Source of the DNA: Spirochaetota bacterium
Lineage (GTDB): Bacteria > Spirochaetota > UBA12135 > COTS27 > CAXSBA01
DNA length: 64,000 nucleotides
NCBI GenBank assembly: GCA_965224715.1
Contig: OZ245054.1
Coordinates: 1,917,078 to 1,981,077 of the forward strand
Reading direction: 5' to 3'
Under the pieces are notes generated by a model. The model searched no databases, was not told the DNA's origin, and worked only from the letters and a program-made list of their open reading frames with translations. Every line of letters starts with the position of its first letter. The stretch's first letter is position 1. Position numbers and translations under genes: made by a program. Below are positions 56,736 to 64,000 of the stretch, piece after piece.

Positions 56736-57521
56736 TTGTTTTTATTTCTTTCTCAAATTATAGACATATTTCTTAATCCTCTAGTATGGGTTTTAATTAT
56801 CGGAGGATTTGGACTTTGGAAGAATAATCGTTGGATCATCGGATTCTCTTTTATTTTTCTCTATTTTATCTTTCTTCCCTATCCGGCCCAATGGGCAATA
56901 AGCAAATGGGAATATCCTTCCCAGCCATTAAAAGAAGAATTCTATGATATAGCCATCGTCTTATGTGGGATAGCTCCCCCTCAAATCATTGATTCCACAA
57001 TTCCTTTAAGTATTAATGATAACTCTGAAAGACTTATTGCTGCCATAAGCCTCTATCACGAAAGAAGGGTAGGAAAAATTTTGTTAAGTGGTGGTTCCGG
57101 TAGTATTTCTTATCCCAACTTTATCGAAAGTGACATACTAAAAAATTATACGGAATCCCTTGGAGTTGTAGAGAAAGATATTATCGTTGAAAGTCAATCT
57201 AGAAACACTCATCAAAATGCTCTTTATACTTCAATAATCTTAGCTAAAAATTTTCCCGGAATGAACACCCTCCTCATTACTTCTGGTTATCATATGGAAA
57301 GAGCTATACTTACTTTCAAAAAACAAGGAATCAGTCCCGACCCTTATCCAGTTGATTTTAAGATCAGTGCAGTTTCAAAAGTGGATATAGAAGGTGAGGG
57401 AAAAGGGATAACCCAATACTTATTAAGTCTAGAACCGAAAAACTATGCATTACAATATTGGAATCTCCTGATCCACGAAATTGTTGGTATTTTAATTTAC
57501 ACAATATTTGATTATATTTGA
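56736..57521 (+). CDS. DUF218 / YdcF(ElyC)-family protein
   Basis: 261 aa with a TTG start. It has N-terminal TMs and the ILLSGGSGS and LITSGYHMERA motifs typical of DUF218. Confidence 0.75.
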   Translation: MFLFLSQIIDIFLNPLVWVLIIGGFGLWKNNRWIIGFSFIFLYFIFLPYPAQWAISKWEYPSQPLKEEFYDIAIVLCGIAPPQIIDSTIPLSINDNSERLIAAISLYHERRVGKILLSGGSGSISYPNFIESDILKNYTESLGVVEKDIIVESQSRNTHQNALYTSIILAKNFPGMNTLLITSGYHMERAILTFKKQGISPDPYPVDFKISAVSKVDIEGEGKGITQYLLSLEPKNYALQYWNLLIHEIVGILIYTIFDYI

Positions 57522-57877
57522 TATTGCCTTATCATCCTAATCAACTTTTTTCACTATCTCATTGATCAATTCGACTATAAAACTTTGAGTCTCAAACATT
57601 TACTTTTTTCCTAGATACTCTTTTCCAAACTGAACTAAACAAATAATTTTTTTAGTGGTGAAATCAGGTATCCAGAAGGTCCCCTCATCACACCTAACAG
57701 ATCGAATTAATCACTATAATTACGGATAGTCTTCTGCATAGAGTATCGACTATTCCAGAGCAATAACCTGATTTATTGAAACAACTTCTGAATTATATAA
57801 AATGAAGACTCAAATTCTACTGTTAAAAGTAAACAACGAAAATGATATAATTATTTATAAAGTCGTAAATCTCAATT

Positions 57878-58846
57878 ATGAGTAAGTCCTTACAGAAGTC
57901 TTCAAAAAAACATATCGAAATACTGAAGGTTTTAAGCGAGGAAATAAGGATTCGTCTTCTCATACTTTTAGAAAGTCATGAACTAATGGTGGGTGAGATA
58001 CAAGAGATCATCACTGTAAAACAATCAAATCTCTCATCCCATCTTAATATCCTTCATCAACATGGACTAGTCATGAAACGACGGGAAGGACAAAAGATAT
58101 TCTATAGACTCTCAATCGCAGAAAATAAACCTATACAAAATTTAATTAAAAAAATATTGGAAACTAGCAAAGATCTTTTTCCTTTTTCTCAGGATCAGGA
58201 AAAAGTGTTAGAAGTTATTGAAAATCGAAAAGAAGCCTCCCGCCTTTTTTTCAATAAAAAAGAGAATAATCAAGTTATCCCAGGTCAACTTCCCGAAGCC
58301 CTCCTCCTTGGCTTTATCAGACTCATCCCCCCTACCAGTATTATCGATATGGGCTGTGGAAAAGGAAATTTATGTCGTTTATTAGCAGAAGCAGGACATA
58401 TTGTTTATGGAATCGATCACTCCCACAAACAAATCAAGGAAGCCCGTCAACAAAATTTAGTAAACGATGAGGGAAAAACTCACTACCGAGTAAATGACAT
58501 GGAAAAAACTGATTTTCAAGATGGTTTTTTTACCTTGGCCTTTCTCTGTCATTCTTTACATCACACTGCCAATCCTCAAATTGTATTGAGAGAAGTATTC
58601 CGTATTTTAAATAAAGAGGGACAACTGTTCATTTTTGATTTGGATCACCATCAAGACCATAAGATGGAGAAAAAATTTGGAGATTTTTGGATGGGTTTCC
58701 GTAATGACAAACTCTTAGAGTGGCTTATAAGCATCGGTTTCCAGATTCGACTAAATAGGGTTATCTCTGAAACTCTTTATCCCATAAAAAAGAAAATCGT
58801 TCAACCAGTGAAACCACTTATCATCATCGCTCAAAAAAAACAGTAA
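57878..58846 (+). CDS. ArsR-family winged-HTH fused to a class I SAM-dependent methyltransferase
   Basis: 322 aa. The N-terminus has the ArsR pattern (ILKVLSEEIRIRLLILLESHELMVGEIQEII...QSNLSSHLNILHQHGLV..REGQKIFYRL). The C-terminus has SAM motif I (IIDMGCGKGNL) and post-I/II motifs. Confidence 0.8.
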   Translation: MSKSLQKSSKKHIEILKVLSEEIRIRLLILLESHELMVGEIQEIITVKQSNLSSHLNILHQHGLVMKRREGQKIFYRLSIAENKPIQNLIKKILETSKDLFPFSQDQEKVLEVIENRKEASRLFFNKKENNQVIPGQLPEALLLGFIRLIPPTSIIDMGCGKGNLCRLLAEAGHIVYGIDHSHKQIKEARQQNLVNDEGKTHYRVNDMEKTDFQDGFFTLAFLCHSLHHTANPQIVLREVFRILNKEGQLFIFDLDHHQDHKMEKKFGDFWMGFRNDKLLEWLISIGFQIRLNRVISETLYPIKKKIVQPVKPLIIIAQKKQ

Positions 58847-58854
58847 CCATATAT

Positions 58855-61650
58855 ATGGCCAACCCAAAAGATCCAAAAAAAAACTTACCAGTTCCCCAAG
58901 TTTATCATCTAAAAGATTACCGTCCCCCTTCCTATCTTATCCCAACTATTGAATTAACTATCATACTAGATTCTAAAAAAACTTGGGTGCGTAGCAAACT
59001 TTATTTTCAAAAAAACCCTTCAGTAACGGAAGCTTGTCATGAACTTTTTCTTAATGGAGAAGAACTGGAATTGAGATCACTTCTTATTGATGGAAAGAAA
59101 TCCCATGATTATCGTCTTGAAGAAGATGGCCTCGCTTTATTAATTCCTAAAAATTCTTTTATCTTAGAAACCGAAGTTATTATTTATCCTGAGACCAATA
59201 CTCGTCTGGAAGGACTCTATCTCTCTGGAGAAATTCTTTGTACCCAATGTGAAGCAGAAGGATTTCGCCGGATCACCTACACCTTGGACCGTCCCGATGT
59301 ACTTTCAACCTTTACAGTCACTTTGATCGCAGATGGAAAAAGATATCCAACTTTGCTAAGCAATGGCAATCATGATCTTGAGAAATCAGGAGTTGAAGCT
59401 GATGGGAAGCTTAGAGAAGTTTTTATCGATCCCTTTCCTAAACCATCTTATCTTTTTGCTATCGTGGCTGGAAAAATGGATAAACTTGAAGATAGCTTTG
59501 TTTCGCTTTCCAATCGTCAAATTCATTTAGCCATCTATAGCGAACCGGGGAAGATCAATAAATGCTACTTCGCCATGGAAGCCCTCAAGACTTCCATGAA
59601 ATGGGAAGAAAAAGTCTATGGACTAGAATATGATTTAGACGATTATAAAATTGTGGCAGTTGATTTCAATTTAGGAGCTATGGAAAATAAAGGACTCAAT
59701 ATTTTTAACTCTTCCTTAATCTTCTATGATGAAAAAACCGCTACCGATGCCGATCGAGAACAAATAGCAGTTACTATTGCTCATGAATATTTTCATAATT
59801 GGACAGGAAATCGTGTCACTTTACGAGACTGGTTCCAATTGACTCTGAAAGAAGGGCTCACAGTATATCGGGATCGCTGTTTTAGGGCAGACTACTACTC
59901 TTCAGTAGTGGTAAGAATTCGGAATGCAAAAACACTTCGATCCTTACAGTTTCCAGAAGATAGCGGACCTCTTTCCCATCCCATACAACCAAACACCTAT
60001 AAATCAATCAACAACCTCTATACCTTGACCGTTTATGAAAAGGGGGCAGAGGTAGTAGGGATGTATGAATATATTCTGGGAAGAAAAAAATTTATCCATG
60101 GAGTGAAACAGTACCTTCATTATTTCGATGGTCAAACTTCAACGGTAGAGGATTTTTTTGCTTCAATGCAAGCATTGACTCAACAGGATATATCTCAGTT
60201 TATGCGTTGGTATCATACCCCTGGAACCCCGATAATCAAAGTCCAAACCAACTATCAAGCTCAAAAAAAAACTTATCAAGTAAAGCTAAGCCAATCTATC
60301 CTACAAAAAACTGGAATACATGACATAGAACCCTTACTTATTCCTCTAGCTTATAGTGTCAATGTAAAAAAAGGGGACCAGGTTATTTCCACTTATCATG
60401 GACTCTGGCTTCTCAAAGATAAAGAGGAAACCCGAACCTTTACTGATATTGAAACTCCTCCTCGATTATCCTTAAATGAAAATTTCTCCGCCCCGGTTAA
60501 GGTTTCTCGAGACTTTGAGCTAAAAGATTGGATCGAACAGTTTTATTACGAACAAAACCCTTTTTTGAAATGGGATGCCCTCCAACAATGTTATCTCTTC
60601 TTGTGTAAAGAGAGGACAGAAAGCCCCCTTATGGATATCGAGAAACCTGTTCAACAATTATTTGAAGTAATACAACCGATATTGAAGCCAATCCTAACTG
60701 CTTTTAAAAATAAGAAGCCCAACCATTTCCTAGAATACGGAAATATCGATCATCATTACTATGGAGACTGTTCTTTCCTTGCCCAACTTTTAAAATTTCC
60801 TAGCTTTGCTGAACTTATGGAATTTGTCTCAGAAATCAATTTCACAACTATTAAGTTATTTGTTGATGACTTTAAAAAATCATTTGTTCAAGAATCCCGA
60901 GAGGTTTTAGAAAAAATCTATACCACTTTGTATCAAATCCATTCCTTGGAAAATAATGAAATCCACCTTGATCAAAATCAATCTTTTCCATCATCAATAG
61001 TTTCTAATCATACAATCAATCCTATCAAAAAGGGAAAGAGAAATTTAACTGGAGAGAGAGAACTAAAGAATACTTGTCTTGATCTTTTATCCGACAACGG
61101 AAGGCAAGACTGGGCTGTGAATCAGTTCTACTCGGCTCAGGGTTTCGATCAAAGAAAACCTAATTTCAACGATGAGTTTATGGCCCTAAAATGCATTCTT
61201 CTTTATCCCAATATAAAAAGCGAAGAGGCTTCTCAAATTTTTTATGAAAGATGGCGAAACGATAACTTAGTGATCAATCATTGGTTTGGAACTCAAGCAG
61301 AGATTAAAAATAATACTACTCTTAAAAAAATAATCGAACTCCAAAACCTTCCAGAATTCAACCTTAAAGAGCCGAATAAATGCCGATCTCTTTTTCGAAA
61401 TTTTATCCGTAATAATCCTTTTATTTTTAATCACCCTTCAGGAGAGGGATACCGGATTATTACCGATGTGATTATTCGTTTAGATCATATCAATCCAATC
61501 TCTGCCTCCGATCTTCTGGTTTACTGGCCATCTCTAAAAAAACTAATGGAACCTCAGAAAAGTCTTATGCTGCGGGAGTTGAAGAGAATCCAACAACTAA
61601 CAAAATCCAAAGATGTTTTGGAAATTATAGAAAAGAGATTAAATCCATGA
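58855..61650 (+). CDS. pepN: Aminopeptidase N (M1 family)
   Basis: 931 aa. It has the GAMEN exopeptidase motif (LGAMENKGLNIFN), zinc motif HEYFHNWTGNRVT and LKEGLTVY. Confidence 0.95.
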   Translation: MANPKDPKKNLPVPQVYHLKDYRPPSYLIPTIELTIILDSKKTWVRSKLYFQKNPSVTEACHELFLNGEELELRSLLIDGKKSHDYRLEEDGLALLIPKNSFILETEVIIYPETNTRLEGLYLSGEILCTQCEAEGFRRITYTLDRPDVLSTFTVTLIADGKRYPTLLSNGNHDLEKSGVEADGKLREVFIDPFPKPSYLFAIVAGKMDKLEDSFVSLSNRQIHLAIYSEPGKINKCYFAMEALKTSMKWEEKVYGLEYDLDDYKIVAVDFNLGAMENKGLNIFNSSLIFYDEKTATDADREQIAVTIAHEYFHNWTGNRVTLRDWFQLTLKEGLTVYRDRCFRADYYSSVVVRIRNAKTLRSLQFPEDSGPLSHPIQPNTYKSINNLYTLTVYEKGAEVVGMYEYILGRKKFIHGVKQYLHYFDGQTSTVEDFFASMQALTQQDISQFMRWYHTPGTPIIKVQTNYQAQKKTYQVKLSQSILQKTGIHDIEPLLIPLAYSVNVKKGDQVISTYHGLWLLKDKEETRTFTDIETPPRLSLNENFSAPVKVSRDFELKDWIEQFYYEQNPFLKWDALQQCYLFLCKERTESPLMDIEKPVQQLFEVIQPILKPILTAFKNKKPNHFLEYGNIDHHYYGDCSFLAQLLKFPSFAELMEFVSEINFTTIKLFVDDFKKSFVQESREVLEKIYTTLYQIHSLENNEIHLDQNQSFPSSIVSNHTINPIKKGKRNLTGERELKNTCLDLLSDNGRQDWAVNQFYSAQGFDQRKPNFNDEFMALKCILLYPNIKSEEASQIFYERWRNDNLVINHWFGTQAEIKNNTTLKKIIELQNLPEFNLKEPNKCRSLFRNFIRNNPFIFNHPSGEGYRIITDVIIRLDHINPISASDLLVYWPSLKKLMEPQKSLMLRELKRIQQLTKSKDVLEIIEKRLNP

Positions 61651-61874
61651 CTAAAAATCCTACTCATACCTATTTATAACCTAGAGAATGAAGACGGAAA
61701 CATAATAATAAACCGTTAAACAAATAGTTCTGGTTTTTCTAACCAGCAATAGATTGACTTTTCAGGAAAAAAACTATAAATTAATTATACTTGTATATTG
61801 GTCTATCTTAAAAACATATTCATTATAATATTTATTATCTTAACTAAAAATTTATCAGAAAAAGAGAGTTTGAT

Positions 61875-63383
61875 ATGAAAAAGTTAACCCTTATAACTAC
61901 GGTATTAACATTTTTTGCCTTAGGAATTGGAATTGGGAATTGGTTAGCACAAGCAAAACATTCAACTTTTGCAGGGGATATCTTTACTAAAGGGAAAACA
62001 AACGATCCTTTATCAGCATCAACACCTTTAGCAGGAGTTATTTCAGTTAATAACACCATCAGTTCTTCCGCCTATGATCTTCAAAAAGCTTTTAACACTG
62101 TTGCTAATGTAGCAACTCGAGCGGTAGTAAGTATCCAAGTTACTGTTCCGGTCCAAAGTGGTAGAATTCCTGAATTCTTTGGCAATGATGAATTTTTTAA
62201 ACGTTTTTTCAATATACCTAAACAGCAGGAACCTCGTAAGTCCGAAGCTTTTGGTTCTGGCTTTTTAATTGATCCTGAAGGCTATCTTCTTTCCAATAAC
62301 CATGTAGTAGAAAATGCTGAAACAATTAAAATTCTTTTTAAAGACAATGACAAAACCTATACTGCAACTGTAGTGGGGAGTGATCCTGACACCGATATTG
62401 CTCTCCTTAAAATCAATGAGCCGGGCCCTTTTCCTTATTTAGTGCTCGGTGATTCTGACAAGGTTCAAATCGGTGACATCGCCATCGCTATTGGCAATCC
62501 TTTTGGACTTTCTCATACTTTCACTACTGGTGTGGTTTCAGCTAAGGGGCGAAGTGGAATTGTAGGTAACCGATATGAGAATTTCATTCAAACCGATGTT
62601 GCCATCAATCGTGGGAATTCCGGCGGGCCACTCCTTAACTTAAATGGAGAGGTAATTGGAATTAATTCCGCCATCCTTTCTAAAACTGGAGGTAGTATTG
62701 GAATCGGTTTTTCCATCCCTATCAATATGGCTAAGAATGTGGCAGAACAACTACGACGTGATGGTAAAGTAAACCGGGGATGGGTAGGTATTTACTTTGA
62801 AGAAGTAAACAGTGATGTGGCTGAAGCTCTCAATGTTCCCAAAAGATCGGTCTTGGTTTCCCAAGTAGTGGAAAACTCCCCCGCTGAGAAAGCAGGAATA
62901 ATAGCTGGAGATATAATCCATAGTTTTGACAACAAAGCTATCAAAAATGGTAATGATTTTCTTAATAAGGTAAGTGTTAAAAGCAAGGGAGAAAAAATTT
63001 ATCTTGGAATCATTCGCAACGGAAAAAAAATTCGTCTCAATGTTGTTCTCGGTGAGGAGCAAGGTACAAAAGTTGCTCAAAATCAACAAAACAGTCAACC
63101 GGAAAAGAACAATCTATTGGGTATCACAGTACGTGATCTCAGTCCCAGTGAGCAAACCAAATTAGGAAGAAACTACGGAATCATGATCACATCACTTCAC
63201 CCCCAATCTCTCCTTCTTTCAATGGGTGTCAAAACAGAAGATATCCTTTTGACTCTCAACAAACAAAAAATAAAAAATATTTCTGACTTCAATAAAAAGT
63301 TAAAAAAAATCGAGAAGAGTGATAAAGTTTTGATCCAACTGCAAAGAGGTCGAAGTATCCGCTATATTATTGTTCGGTTGTAA
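61875..63383 (+). CDS. htrA: HtrA/DegP/DegQ-family periplasmic serine endoprotease with two PDZ domains
   Basis: 502 aa with a signal peptide. The catalytic triad contexts are SNNHVV, DIALLKI and GNSGGPLLN. Two PDZ-like regions follow. Confidence 0.95.
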   Translation: MKKLTLITTVLTFFALGIGIGNWLAQAKHSTFAGDIFTKGKTNDPLSASTPLAGVISVNNTISSSAYDLQKAFNTVANVATRAVVSIQVTVPVQSGRIPEFFGNDEFFKRFFNIPKQQEPRKSEAFGSGFLIDPEGYLLSNNHVVENAETIKILFKDNDKTYTATVVGSDPDTDIALLKINEPGPFPYLVLGDSDKVQIGDIAIAIGNPFGLSHTFTTGVVSAKGRSGIVGNRYENFIQTDVAINRGNSGGPLLNLNGEVIGINSAILSKTGGSIGIGFSIPINMAKNVAEQLRRDGKVNRGWVGIYFEEVNSDVAEALNVPKRSVLVSQVVENSPAEKAGIIAGDIIHSFDNKAIKNGNDFLNKVSVKSKGEKIYLGIIRNGKKIRLNVVLGEEQGTKVAQNQQNSQPEKNNLLGITVRDLSPSEQTKLGRNYGIMITSLHPQSLLLSMGVKTEDILLTLNKQKIKNISDFNKKLKKIEKSDKVLIQLQRGRSIRYIIVRL

Positions 63384-63389
63384 ACCTAA

Positions 63390-64000
63390 ATGATTACGGT
63401 ACTGGAGCAGGACTCCATCCTTACCACAATAGCCCATCAACACCTTCGTAATCAGGTACATCACTCCCTATTTTTTCAAGGAGAGCATGGAGTTGGAAAG
63501 CTTGAGACCGCTCTGTGGTTTGCCCAAGGATACTTCTGTCACAATCGGCCATCTAAACCCATCACCAACACAACCGAAATTCCTCCGATTGCCTGTGGAA
63601 AATGTCAGAGTTGCTTGGAAATCGAATTCTTTCATCATCCCCACATTCTTCTTCTTACTGTAGGAGATCGACTCCCCGCTCTTACCTTTTGGAGACAAAC
63701 TCTTCTTTCTAACCAAATCCAGAAACAGTTTAGCGATGCTGGAAGTCACCCTATTTTGCATCAGCTAGGTAGAGATATCTCTCAACTCTTGGCTCGCTAT
63801 CGCCAACAACTTCTTGATACGGTCGTAAAAGAAAAGACTACCTACAGAGAAGGGGTGAAAATGAGTTCTGATGAGTTGGAAAAGTTGATACATAAAATTC
63901 ATCTCCAATATCAATCTTTTCTCTATCCCCAGAAGTTGAAGGAATTTCCTCAATCATTAATGAACGAAACATTTATCAGTGATATGAGAAAACTTCAAAA
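63390..64000 (+). CDS. holB: DNA polymerase III delta-prime subunit (HolB-like), 3' end beyond the window
   Basis: Absent from the ORF track because there is no stop within the window. My translation from the ATG at 63390 stays open to 64000. It gives MITVLEQDSILTTIAHQHLRNQVHHSLFFQGEHGVGKLETALWFAQ... with a degenerate P-loop GEHGVGK and the zinc-module motif CGKCQSC. Confidence 0.7.
   Translation, partial: MITVLEQDSILTTIAHQHLRNQVHHSLFFQGEHGVGKLETALWFAQGYFCHNRPSKPITNTTEIPPIACGKCQSCLEIEFFHHPHILLLTVGDRLPALTFWRQTLLSNQIQKQFSDAGSHPILHQLGRDISQLLARYRQQLLDTVVKEKTTYREGVKMSSDELEKLIHKIHLQYQSFLYPQKLKEFPQSLMNETFISDMRKLQ

Noticed and set aside
63468-63953. Minus-strand ORFs 63468-63761 and 63765-63953
   Set aside because: They are antisense to an open plus-strand frame encoding a HolB-like protein (GEHGVGK, CGKCQSC). 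That frame is missing from the track only because it runs off the window.

Overview
AT-rich (about 30-35% GC by eye) chromosomal segment from a diderm bacterium, shown by Lol, LptE and LpxA genes. It is densely packed with housekeeping genes in long co-directional blocks: lolCD, clpC, cfa, folD, lpxA, holA, lptE, corC, ybeY, trpB, fldA, purA, uppP, pgsA-like, rodZ, lolA-like, ftsK, purD, mdh, nnr, carD, PIN/TRAM, ispD, pepN, htrA and holB. There are four tRNA genes: Ala(TGC) at 29.5 kb and a Tyr-Gly-Leu cluster at 47.1-47.4 kb. I saw no rRNA, CRISPR array, transposase or integrase. Three regions stand out. (1) A 2,012-aa membrane-anchored coiled-coil gene (1880-7918) contains 3.1 near-identical in-frame 1,110-bp tandem repeats with a nested 219-bp repeat. 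(2) An accessory-looking block starts directly after tRNA-Leu. It holds a roughly 2-kb decayed phage head-module remnant and a visibly GC-richer nrfH-nrfA pentaheme nitrite reductase pair. These are followed by a decayed cytochrome-like pseudogene, a lipoprotein and a split ccsB/ccsA cytochrome c synthase. (3) A 648-aa gene downstream of ispD resembles the plant/protist-type UDP-sugar pyrophosphorylase. I found no recognisable defence or toxin system. All functional calls come from motif recognition by eye on the supplied translations, with no database search.
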